A program made the position numbers and the translations under genes. Source: Blastocladiella emersonii ATCC 22665 (Eukaryota > Fungi > Blastocladiomycota). From it: a DNA stretch of 64,000 nucleotides. The stretch spans positions 1,426,001 to 1,490,000 of the forward strand of contig JANHCV010000007.1 in NCBI GenBank assembly GCA_025594325.1, given 5' to 3'. The notes under the pieces were generated by a model. The model was not told the origin of the DNA and did no database searches. It saw only the letters and a list, made by a program, of their open reading frames with translations. Shown piece after piece: positions 1-10,750 of the stretch (position 1 is its first letter; every line of letters starts with the position of its first letter).

Positions 1-1
1 G

Positions 2-2317
2 ATCTGGCAGCGGTGCGGGTGGGGCGCGACGGTCCCGCTCGTCAACTTCATCGAGGTGATCGTCGCCGAGACCAAGGACGGGTACGGCGTCTGGGCCGAG
101 GAGCACGGGTTCGATATCGAGTACTACGTCCTCGAGGGGTTCCGCAAGCACCTCAAGCGGCTCGACGCTGACCAGTCGGGCCTCGTCACGGTGCGCGAGG
201 TCAACGACTTTTTCTTCTTCGACTTTTCGCTCATCCAGTGGGCGCTCGTCGGGACGTTTTACATGCGCCAGCTCGAGATCGATCTGTACGGCTTCGCACA
301 ACTTCTCCCACCACTCGAGCATCCTGCTGACACACTCTCGGACGCGAACGTGTGTAGCCTCCACGAGGTGGCCGTGCTGTGCCGTCAGGTCCGCGACCAC
401 ATCCGCGCGCTGCCCGACGACGCGGCGTTTGTGGTGCTGTTCAAGGCGGTCGAGCCCGAGCTGCTGACGCTGGCGCACCTGTGCGAGCGGTCGACCGAGG
501 ACGAGCTCGCGGACATCACGCCCGAGACGCACGCCGCCATCATGGAGTACATCCGCGCTGACATGTTTGAGGCGACGCGCACGGGGCTGTACGACGGCCA
601 GCCCGACCTGTACGACTTTCACGTGCAGCAGCTCATCGCCGTGCAGTCGCCCGGCGTGCACCGCCACTTCTCGGCGTCCATCAAGTCGGAGCTGTCCGCG
701 CTGCTCGAGTACATGAGCGAGCTGCGGGCCGCCGACCGCGCCGGCGAGGACGAGCACGCACCCATGCTCTCCGCGCTCACGTCGTGCCTGTACGAGATCG
801 CGCGCACCTTCGAGCGCGCGTTCCCCGACACGATCCTGCAGCTCGACGCCAAGGCCAAGCAGGCGGCGATCCAGTACGGGTACCTCGCGACGCGCGGGTC
901 GACCGACTGGTCCGCGCTGTTCGACTTCCCGCCCACGACGTTGCAGGAGCCCTTCCCGCTCACCGCGTGGGTGCCCAGCGCGCTGTCGCCCGACGTCCCC
1001 GAAAACGCGGTCGTCGGCGGCACGCTGTTCGGCGCCCCCGTGTACCTCGTCCAGGCGCTCGTCAACGTCGCCGGACGCACCAACCTCGTGCCCTCGTTCG
1101 CGTACCGTTCGCCGACCGGCCACTGGAAGTGCAAGGCGGCGATCGCGGGGGTCCAGCACGCCGCCACGTTCCAGTGGCTCACGCGTGCACGCAACGTGCA
1201 CGTCGCCTCGACCGTGAACGAGCCCGCCGACCACATCCTCGCGTGGGTCCCACTGCGGCTCGACGGCGACGCGCCGCACCCGCTGGCCGGGCGCGCCGGG
1301 ATCGAGTACCGCAAGCACGAGACGTATTTCGCGCGGCTCCGCGTCGATCCGGCGACCGTGGTCCCGGGCAAGCTCTTCACCAAGAATGGCCAGATGCACG
1401 CGTCGTTTGTCCTGCCGCGCGCCGACGGCGACGGCGCCTACGAGTACACGACGCTGCCGCACCAGTCCAAGAGCAGCCTCCGCCGCCCGCTGTCGCGCGA
1501 CATCGCCATAGAGATCCTCATTGCCGACTCGCGCAACATCGCCTTCTACCAGCACCTGCAGTGGAACACGCTCGCCGAGGCGCGCGCCCGCAACGCACAG
1601 CCCGTGATCGCCGGCGGGACGTCCGACCAGCCCGCGTACCTCGCGTGGACCGTCGGCGACCACGGGATGCGCCTCGGCATGGTGTTCGCCGACGAGGACT
1701 ACGCGCTGCTCGGCGAGGACCCGTTCGGCGGGGGACGCGACGACGATAACCGCGACGACGACGGGCTCGCGACACCGCACTTCCGCGTCCTTACGGGCCT
1801 ACCGGGCGCCGTGTTCGAGTCGGGACCGTACCGCCCGCACCCGCACCTCGCGTGGAAGAAGACCACGGCCGAGGGGATCGTCCACGGCGCGCACTCGGCC
1901 ATGAAGATCGTGATCGTCAACCAGACGCTCCGCGGCGAGACACTCGCGGTCGCGCGCACGGTGTCGACCAAGGCACTCGCGGACAAGCCTCGTACGTTTT
2001 CTCTGGCGGAAGCGACTTCAAGCGTGATCTTGACCCCGCGACCGCGTGTAGATCTCGGCCGCCGCGTCATGTGCGTGGGCGAGTGGAGCTGGGCCAAGGG
2101 CAAGAACGAGTACGACCTGTCCGGGTTCGAGATCCCGTTCATCCCGCCGGTGCTCGACGACGGCAGCCTCGACGAGTACGAGACGCTGCACTTTGACGTG
2201 GCCGCGTTCCACCGCCAGTACGCCGACGAGGGCGAGGGCACCGACCGCGTCCGGTACATGGCCGACGCCGACGGGAACCGCATGGTGAACCACACGTACC
2301 GCCAGCTGGAGTCCTAG
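2..2317 (+). CDS. 5'-truncated protein with an EF-hand followed by about four DM9 (DUF3421)-like repeats
   Basis: Frame is open from base 2 (IWQRCGWGATVPLVNF...) to TAG at 2315-2317, with typical codon usage. EF-hand loop DADQSGLVTVRE. DM9-like units: W..VPENAVVGG.LFGAPVYLVQA, W...AGIEYRKHETYFARLRVDPATVVPGKL, W..AQPVIAGGTSDQPAYLAW...RLGMV, W...GETLAVARTV...YETL. Confidence 0.75.
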   Translation: MWQRCGWGATVPLVNFIEVIVAETKDGYGVWAEEHGFDIEYYVLEGFRKHLKRLDADQSGLVTVREVNDFFFFDFSLIQWALVGTFYMRQLEIDLYGFAQLLPPLEHPADTLSDANVCSLHEVAVLCRQVRDHIRALPDDAAFVVLFKAVEPELLTLAHLCERSTEDELADITPETHAAIMEYIRADMFEATRTGLYDGQPDLYDFHVQQLIAVQSPGVHRHFSASIKSELSALLEYMSELRAADRAGEDEHAPMLSALTSCLYEIARTFERAFPDTILQLDAKAKQAAIQYGYLATRGSTDWSALFDFPPTTLQEPFPLTAWVPSALSPDVPENAVVGGTLFGAPVYLVQALVNVAGRTNLVPSFAYRSPTGHWKCKAAIAGVQHAATFQWLTRARNVHVASTVNEPADHILAWVPLRLDGDAPHPLAGRAGIEYRKHETYFARLRVDPATVVPGKLFTKNGQMHASFVLPRADGDGAYEYTTLPHQSKSSLRRPLSRDIAIEILIADSRNIAFYQHLQWNTLAEARARNAQPVIAGGTSDQPAYLAWTVGDHGMRLGMVFADEDYALLGEDPFGGGRDDDNRDDDGLATPHFRVLTGLPGAVFESGPYRPHPHLAWKKTTAEGIVHGAHSAMKIVIVNQTLRGETLAVARTVSTKALADKPRTFSLAEATSSVILTPRPRVDLGRRVMCVGEWSWAKGKNEYDLSGFEIPFIPPVLDDGSLDEYETLHFDVAAFHRQYADEGEGTDRVRYMADADGNRMVNHTYRQLES

Positions 2318-2346
2318 GAGCGTAGAAGTAATATACGATGGTCTAG

Positions 2347-3731
2347 CTATGCAACAATGATCTCGGACAGGTGCACGTCGCTCGACCCGCGGCGCAGCGG
2401 GACGCTTGCCTCGTCGCCGTCTCCGCGGTGGAGCGTGCGCAGCGCAATGGCGCGCGACGCGGCCGTCTCGTACATGAACCCGTTGCCGACGGGCGGCACG
2501 GGGAGCGGGAGCAAGACGTACCACCACGGCCTAAACGCCCCCAAAACGTCAGTCTCGTCCTCGCTTCATCCTTTCGCAAACGCGACGTACCGCGCAGCCG
2601 TATTCAGCACGACCGCCAAATTCTCGCGCCACCCGAGATTGAACTCGCTCGTAGCGGGCGGCGACGCCTCGGCGTTCTCCATCCACTCGAGCTGGGTCTC
2701 GCCGCGGACGACCGCGAGGTACACGTGCCAGCCGGCCATGCCCGAGAGCAGCAAGCCGAGCAGCGTGGTGACCAGGAAGCAGAACAGGAACGCGTCGCGC
2801 GCGACGGCGTGTGGCCACGGGGCGAACGGGAAGAAGGCGTCGGGCGCGTAGGGCGCGGAGAAGCAGGTGAACAGGATGCCTGGCGGGAGGGTGTACGTGA
2901 GTGGGCGGGGAGGGTAATGGGGATGGACGGAGGGAGGACGTACACGCGAGCGAGACGTAGACGAGGAACACGACAAAGTAGCGGTGGTTGTGGTGCCCGA
3001 CGCAGTCTGCGCGGGTGGCGGTGGCGGGTCAGCGCGGGGTCGGGTCAGTGAAAGCGCGGAGACGTACTGTTGAGCCCTACACAGGATCCGGTCAGCGGTT
3101 CGGCAGAGTAGGCGTGGGACGGGATGGCGTACATGGACAGTCTGGACACAGCGCATTCGCGGTTCTCGTCGGTTAGCGATATCGTTGAGGGAGTGTGCGT
3201 GGAGGCGCGTACGATGATCCCTACACGCTAGCGCGTCAGTGAGCAACACACTCCCGCCACAACCTGACACGGCCGCGCCTACATCTTGAGCACGCAGCGC
3301 TTGCACACGCTGCAGTGGTGACACCGCTCGGGCTTGGGCGCGTTACACCTCCGGCACACCTTGGCCGCGCTCATAGCAGCATCCTCGTCGTCGCGCGCCA
3401 CATCTTCCGCATAACTCGTCGTGCGCACCGCCATCCAGTAGTTGAAGAAGATATCCACGACGAGCAGCGCCGCGGCGCCGTAGACGGCCGCCCACGCCAA
3501 GCCCGCGACGCTCCACACGTTGTCGGGGCGCGACTCGGGCATCAGCATCGCAAAGAAGATCCACGCGCACGCGCCGATCAGGGCACACGCCACTACGAGC
3601 AGAATCGGCCCGAGAATGCGCATGCAGACGGCGGCGAGCGGCGGCAGCACGCGCTCGGCAGTCGCGGCGGCCCACTTCACCGCGGGGTTCTCGGTCAGTG
3701 CCCGCACGAGGGTGGCTGGCCGCGGGAGCAT
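2347..3731 (-). CDS. DHHC palmitoyltransferase (336 aa, 7 exons)
   Basis: Exons 3731-3283, 3220-3213, 3141-3133, 3076-3068, 3006-2944, 2879-2591, 2530-2347 (1011 nt, in frame). All introns are GT-AG, 56-71 nt, most with a CTGAC/CTAAC branch site. The product has [44 protein letters not shown], four TM segments and a GETQLE (TTxE-like) motif. Confidence 0.92.
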
Positions 3732-4994
3732 CGTGTCGCGTGCGGTTAAAGTTGCATGGAGAGTCGGTTGATGAGGGAGAGTGAGAGAGGGGAACGGGGG
3801 CGGCCAGGTGAAGGGGCGAAGCGAACGGCGCCACACGGCGGCGTGACCGCGGCGGAGCGCCACACCGGACGCGTCGGGGTTTTGTCTCGCGCTCTGTCTC
3901 GCGGCGGCGCGACTCCTCAACCCATCGGATGATGGACATGTTGATGGCCTAGTCACACTGAACCAATCGAGCTCCAAAAAGCAGCAGGGTCGGGTTGTGT
4001 GAGGCCGTGGCCATTGTGGAACGAAGCAGAAGCCGGGCGCAGTTGTCGTCGCGTCGTATCCGACCATGGACATTGTGAGGCCTCTGCGGAAGGAGGCAGT
4101 TGTGGACCATGTCCGAGGAGCATTCGAGCTGTCGTTCAAGTGGATCTAGCATCAAAACCCCGAGAAACTCTCGATGGCCAGCGTCGTGGGGTACATTTCA
4201 GGAGTAGAAACGCCACGATGGCTGCTGCCAAGTCACCCGACCCACAACGCACGACGACAGAGTGCATATATCGAAGCCCCATTGGCTAAACAGCTGCGAT
4301 CCTGCCACGCACATCCAAGACAGCCGGACGCCGACTCGCAGACGGACGGACCCCGACCGCCGCCGCCGCGCCTCCCCCTGGCGACCGCCCCTCGCTCCGG
4401 CCGGCCGTCGACTTTGGTGGGTGGGTGTGGCTCATCGGGCTCATCACTCCACGGAACTTGCGTGCGACCAAGTGCATGCGACACTGGTGCAGCGACGCTT
4501 CCTCGCCGTCGTCAGGTGCGCGTCCGTCTGCTTCGACTCGTCTGCGCGACGGGCACGGTGGCCCGGCTCCTGTCATGCCTCCATGTCCATACATAGGCTC
4601 TCTTCAGAGTGGGCAAACTGAGGCCACGACTCGGTCAAGTACATGCATACATGATCGGCGGAGAGCAGACGCCGTCGCAGGCCGCCGTCCGTCCATGGTC
4701 AAGGCCCGCGCGACCGCCATCTCCGTGCCGTTCTCCTGAGGCCGCACCCGCTCACCTCCCTTGTGCCGTTGCGCGACTCCGTGTAGCTCCACTTTTGCCC
4801 TGTGACCCGCAACTTACGCCTGTGTGGTCGCGTGCCTCCCACTCCGCTCGTGCCGACCAGTCGTTCTTGGCCGCTGTACTCGCTGAACCGCTCGACGCTT
4901 CTCGCCAAACGCTGGCTTGTTGGGCGCCCTCCGAACCGACCCGCACGCGCAACACGTCTCTCTGTTGCCCGCACGGCCGTTGCCGCCGCCAGCC

Positions 4995-7900
4995 ATGGGC
5001 GACGACGACAACCCGCCCTTCTTGACCTACCACGACGCGTCGTTGAGGCCGCTGTTGCCGCCGTTGCGACTGCTCGACCACCCAAACTCGCTGGCCAGCT
5101 CGACGGTCCCGCTTGACGGCTTCCCGCCAGAGCATGTCGCACGACCAGGCGAGCAGCTGACCATCAACCCGTTCGCGCTCTCAGCAAACCCGCCCGCGCC
5201 ACCCAACTACGAGCACGTTCACCCGGGCGAACTGCTATGGCCGCCCAACGACACGAGCGTACGGCCATCGACGTTTCATCACGGCGGCCATCACCACGCG
5301 TTCGCCGCGAGTGCATCGCGGACCGCCTCGGTCCCGCCCACACACCTCGTCGCCCCGCAACGCCAGCAGCCGGTATCACGCCCGGTACGTCCTTTCTCCT
5401 GTGTGTGCGGGGGACTGTGGCCAGCGCTGTCCGCAGCACGCGATCGCGTCCGCGGCGTTCGTTCATTCCGGCGGTCCGGCCCGCGGCCGATTGGCCGTTG
5501 CGGGTGGCTTGCGCGCGGAGGCGGCGCAGCAGCCCAGCGCAGGACATCCCCGTCCCCGTTTTGCTCATCACACATCTGTCGCTGTTTAGACTTTGAGGGT
5601 CGTTCCTGCGACCTCCGCTGCGACCAGTCCGCTCTCCCTCCCCTCGTCGCAACGGCAACCGCATCTGCCGCCGCACTTGCAGGCCGCCGCTGCTGCCTGC
5701 GCCGCCATGTATCCCCATGAACTCGTCATGCACGCCACCGGCGCGCCCGCCGCGACCTCGCGCGACGCCGGCGTCGAGAACGTCCCCCCGCCGCCACCGC
5801 TCCCGCCGACGCCACTCACGGCAGACCGCGCCCGCCCCTCGGCCAAGCGCTCGCGCCCGGCGGCTGCTGGCGACGCGCCCGCGGGATCACTCGCCGCCAA
5901 CTCGGCGCTCCGCGCGCTCCTGACCTCGCCACCACCCCCGCCACCCCCGTCCGCGCCTGGGCCCGCCGGCCACTGGCCCGGCATCGACTCGGCATCGATC
6001 CGCCGCCCCTCGGTCTCCGTGTCGACGCAGGCGGGCGAGCCGGCGCTCCCCAACGCGCGCGCGTCGTCGTGGCTGCCGCCCAGCGCGCGCTGCAGCAGCG
6101 ACAGCGACAGCAGCAGCAGCTTGAGCGACGAGTACGACGACGGCTCGGCCTCGTCGCGCTCGAGCTCCGCCTCGCCCGCGCCCGCGCCCGCGCCGTCCAA
6201 GCGGCGGCGGGTCGGCAACAACGCTGCTCCGCCACCGCCACCGCCGCCGCTGCCACCCGGCGCGCTCGGCCACCCGGGCGCCCTGCTGCACCCGGCCACG
6301 CTCGCGCACCCGCCCTCGCTCGCCGGCTCTGAGACCAGCGCGTCGTCGTCGGCCCCACCGCCGCCGCCCGGCGCGAGCAGCCAGCCGCCGCGGGACCGTG
6401 TCCGTCTGGTGATCCCGCGCCACCCAGACGACCCGACACTCCCGGTCCCGCGGGCTCGTCCGTGGCTCGAGGTCGTCGACCCGACCGCTCCGCCGGGCGC
6501 CACCCCGCAACGTGTCACGCGCAGCACCGTCTTGCTGCAGGGCACGGCCGTGCACGACCACTCGGCCCGCCCGCACGTCTGCACCGACTGCGGCGCGCGG
6601 TTCAAGCGCGCCGAGCACCTGCGCCGCCACGCGCGCATCCACTCGGGCGTGCTCCCGTTCGCGTGCCCGTACCCCGGCTGCGGCAAGGCCTTCTCGCGCC
6701 CCGATAACCGCGCGCAGCACCTCAAGACCCACGAGCGCCAGGCGAACAAGGACGCCGCCGATAGAGAGGCGGTCGCGGCGCTCGTGCGCGGCGGGATGGT
6801 CCCCGTCTACGCGATCGGCGGTGACCCTGGCGCTGTCGCCGCGCGGGTGGGTCCGCCCGCGATCTGGCCTCTCGCGTCGCCGATGCTCGCGATGGCTCCG
6901 AATGAGGCCGCAGCAGTGGTGCCGGCGCCGCTGCCGGTTCTCGCGCCTACCTCGGCTGGCGTGGAGCAGGGCGGCGACGTTGCGCCCGCCGAGGAGCAGC
7001 AGCAGCCGCCGGCACGCGCGTCGCGCTCACGCTCGCGTCGATCGCGAGGCGACGAGACCGCGTCTGCCTCGGCTTCGACTGAGGTCGCACCACCCGCTGT
7101 TGAGACCTACCCAGTCGCGGCGCCCGTCGAGGTGGCCCAGCCGACGGCGCCCGCCCTCGAGGACGAGCAGCCGATTGCACCCGCGACGTCGACTTCGCGG
7201 TGGCCGAGCCCCAAGCCGGTTGCCGTGACGGCCAATTCGCGCGTCACCCCGCCGCCGTCCCTGAATGTCTCGCCCACGCAGCAGCCTGACCCTCCCGCAC
7301 CGGCGCGCGCGCCCGCTCCTAACGCCGACGACGCCGTTGCCCGCGTGCTCGCGCGCTCGGTCCCTGAACCTTCTGCTGACGGCGTCGATAGTCGTGCGCC
7401 CTCTGCACCCACGCCCGGCCGCGTCGTTGACGGTGCGCCCGCTCCCGCGCCGTCGGCCCTGGCGCCCAATCGCGAGCAAGGCGCCGCTCGCGCGTCATCG
7501 GCACGCGCACCGAACGGCGACGCCGCGCACATGCCCTCGCTACCGCTCGACGCGCGCGAGTACCACCATCATCCCCACCCGGCGAGTTGGGGTCCGCCGC
7601 CGCCGGCGCCGCCGTCGGCCGGATTCTACCCGTACTCGGGCGGCGTCGACCAGTACTACCCGCCGTACCCGCACCTGTCGCACCCGGCCTACTCGCCGTA
7701 CCCGTACCACCCCGCGTACTCGGTGTCCCCGCACCTCGGGTTCCCCGCTCCTCCGCTCCCGCCGCCGCACGGCGACCCGTACGCGTCGCCGTACCCGCCG
7801 GTGCCGGGGTACTCGCGGTCCGGCTCCCGCTCGCGCTCGCGGTCCCCGCCGTCCTACCCGTCGCCCGCCGCCGGCGGCATCCCCGCTGGCCTCTCGGCCG

Positions 7901-8301
7901 CGTACGCGGCTTCCCTCCACTCGGCCGCCCTGCACCCACACGCGCGCCACGCGTACCCTTACGCGTACGGGTACCCGCAGCCGCAGCACGGCGGCCACTA
8001 CGGCCACCCGCCTCCGCCGCCGCACGCGTACCACCCGGACCACATGCCGTCGCCGCAGATCCAGCGGCTGCGGTCCACGTCGCGCCGCAGCAGCGCGGCC
8101 GGCGCGAGCGACGGTAGCGGGATCGGGATCGCGACGCCGTCGGTCGGCGGTGCGCCCGGGTTCGACTCGGCGGCGTACCTCGCGCTCGAGTCGGTGTCGC
8201 CGGCGAGTCCCGCCATGGTCCGCGCCGCCCGCGGCGGTGGCGGTGGCGAGGTGCGCGCGCCGCGGCCCGGGTCCTTGCCGCCCGCAACGCGTAAACAGTG
8301 A
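4995..8301 (+). CDS. Msn2/4-like C2H2 zinc-finger transcription factor (two fingers, long Pro/Ala/Tyr-rich disordered regions)
   Basis: HVCTDCGARFKRAEHLRRHARIHSGVLPFACPYPGCGKAFSRPDNRAQHLKTH at about 6575-6732. A likely upstream exon starts at ATG 4995, with a phase-0 donor (GTACGT 5385) and phase-0 acceptors at 5589 or 5682. The 5' structure is less certain; the alternative start is MYPHEL at 5707. Confidence 0.85.
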
Positions 8302-8459
8302 GTCCAGATGATGAGAAATGAGATGAACGCCAACCGTGTAATACATTGCAAGCCTACTGTAGTTTAACACGGCGACTGAGCTCGGAGCGATTTCCTTCAC
8401 GCCTTAGGCACACTTCTAGCCGCGTGCAGCATCAATGCGACGACGCTGGCCGAGCTAAA

Positions 8460-8529
8460 ATCGTTTACTTCTCCATTACGACCTCGCGACAAGGATCGTT
8501 TACTTCTTCATTACGACCTCGCGACAAGG
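8460..8529 (+). repeat. 35-bp tandem duplication (2 copies, 34/35 identical)
   Basis: atcgtttacttctccattacgacctcgcgacaagg (8460-8494) is followed by atcgtttacttcttcattacgacctcgcgacaagg (8495-8529). Confidence 0.9.
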
Positions 8530-8565
8530 GCACATCGACACGCTCCCCCGCGTGGGACGCGCTGC

Positions 8566-8588
8566 GAGACGCGTCGATCAATCACGTG
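8566..8588 (+). promoter_or_regulatory. Composite ACGCGT-N8-CACGTG element, copy 1
   Basis: GAGACGCGTCGATCAATCACGTG matches the copies at 10612 and 58379 at 22/23 positions. It lies 262 nt upstream of ATG 8851. Confidence 0.55.
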
Positions 8589-8850
8589 CTGTGACCCGCC
8601 GCTGTTCTTCGCGCGATCCGTGGCCACGACCTTCTCTTTCGCTGAAACGCTCGGCTGATTCTTTCGTCGGACCCGTGCCTTATTCTCCCGGGAGTGCCGA
8701 GACAAGGCTCAGGTCCGCGTGCTCGGCGCGTTTGAGCTTTCCATCAAACGTCGCGACGTGTTGGCTCGGCGTGGCAGCGATCTCTTCTGCTCTTCATCAA
8801 GGTCTCACGTCCCAACAGTTCTTCACTCTCGTCGTCAATTCTCCACCGAC

Positions 8851-10134
8851 ATGTCGGCTGCCGAGAAGCCACTCTACCTCGCGTCTGAACACCCGGGACC
8901 CGCTTGCAGCGCTGGCAGTGCGACACTGGCCGCACCCGGCAGCGCATCGCCCGCCGACCTTGAAGTTGGTCCACAAGGCGATGGCAAGGAGCGGCACCGT
9001 AGTGGCCGCGGTGGCCATCGTCGCGCGGGGTGCGCGTGCTGGAACTGCTGCGGGATCCCAGTGTTCCTGTGCCGGCTCATCTGGGTCATCGTGTGTCTGC
9101 TCCTCGTGGTCGCCGTTATCAGCGCGGTACGCTCATGTTCGTATCAGTCGAGTCTATCGTAGCACTCATGTTGATCTCATAGGTGCTGATCGGCGTGTTC
9201 GGCGGGTACTGCTTCAACGGTGGCAAGCTCGTGCGATCCGAGTCGGGCACCCTGGATCTCGCCAGCTTCACGCTGGCGAGTGGTGGCGCAGCCGCGCTGC
9301 AGGTGCTCGGGCAGAACGTGCGTCATGGCACTCTCCTCCTCTAGATCCTGACTGACCCGTCGCTACACGCCGTAGTACGGCCGAATCATCCTGCAGACCG
9401 GCGCCAACGCGTCGTCATCGCTCGGCTATTCCGTCGAACTGTACTCGGCACGCACGCCCGATACGCTGCCCGCACCGCCGCGCGTCGAGACGGCGGGCTC
9501 GCGGTGGACACTGTACCCGCTTGGCATGGGAAACAGTGGCTCCCCGTTCGAGAACGGGAACTGGCTCAGCTGGCTGCACGTCGACGTGTGTACGCGCACC
9601 GTGACAACGATCACTGTCCCGACCTCGTTCCCAAAGTCGGCGACCAACGTGTCGCTGGCCATCACCGCGACGAACCCGGACATCGACCTGTTCGTCGCGG
9701 ACAGCGGCAGCGCGGCGGGTCCGACGTGGGACTCGGTTACGGTGACGGCCAGCAACGGCGACATTTCGGGCCGCGTCGCCGCGGCGCGCGAGGTGGTCAC
9801 CGAGACGACCAACGGCAACACCGACCTGATCATCACGTCCGCGGCGCGCGTCGCCATGACTGGAAGTGGCGGCGACGTCTCGCTCACGGTCGACGCGGCG
9901 GCTGGTGCGATCACGGCGCGCACGACGAACGGCAAGATCCGGATCACCGCACCGGGCGACTGGACCTACTCGGCGCAGACGACCAACGGCGACGTCAAGG
10001 TCGACGGCCGCACGGTCAACCCCGTGCGGAAGAGTGAGGTGGTGAGCGGGACCATGGGCAACGCGAGCAAGGCGGGTGGTAGGACGATGACTGTGGCCAC
10101 GTCGAACGGTGATGTGGACATCCGGCGCGTGTAA
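8851..10134 (+). CDS. Type II membrane protein with an extracellular DUF4097-like (adhesin-type) beta-solenoid
   Basis: Exons 8851-9126, 9183-9317, 9376-10134, joined by phase-0 GT-AG introns. A CACWNCC cluster precedes the TM helix (LIWVIVCLLLVVAVISAVLIGVFG). Repeated T(A/T/S)(S/T)NG(D/K)(I/V) beta-strand units follow. Confidence 0.8.
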
Positions 10135-10611
10135 TAGAGAGTTTCGCACATGTCCAATACCGCCAACGAGAACGCGGCGGCGACCTCGTCCGCCTGGGCC
10201 GATAGCTTGCCGCCACTGGCACCGAAGCTCAAGGAGCTGCTCGGGATATGGTCCAGGCACGCCGTCGGCGGCGCAGACTCGGGTGTGTGTTTCGCGAGCT
10301 GAGGCCGGAAAGCTCGCGCGCTCGTTGACCTCGTCGTCGCGGGCCGCTTCGATCGCGGCGGTTCCAGCTGCTGTCGCACTCGCCGCCGTTGCGGGTACAT
10401 TTACCAAGAAACTTGCCGATCGACATGCCGACACTTTGCCCCCATCGTCTCGCGCTGACTTGACGACCCCACAGTTCGCTTCCGTTTCTTCAACCCACGC
10501 CGCGACCGCTTGGGTCGTCAACGCTCGAGGACTCGCCCGAACAGCTATATCGCGACTTTCCCGGCCGTCGTTCACGCCTGCCGTGCACAGGCCCGCGAGC
10601 ACCCCTGCCGC

Positions 10612-10634
10612 GAGACGCGTCGATCAAACACGTG
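10612..10634 (+). promoter_or_regulatory. Composite ACGCGT-N8-CACGTG element, copy 2
   Basis: GAGACGCGTCGATCAAACACGTG is identical to 58379-58401. It lies 116 nt upstream of ATG 10751. Confidence 0.55.
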
Positions 10635-10750
10635 AGGCGCGAATGAAATGAATCGGGCGCGTCGGTGGCGCCGCTCCGCTCCACACACTAGTCGATGAAT
10701 CTGCAGCGCAACCACTCTATGCAACCATCGTCCCGTTGACCGAACCCGCC

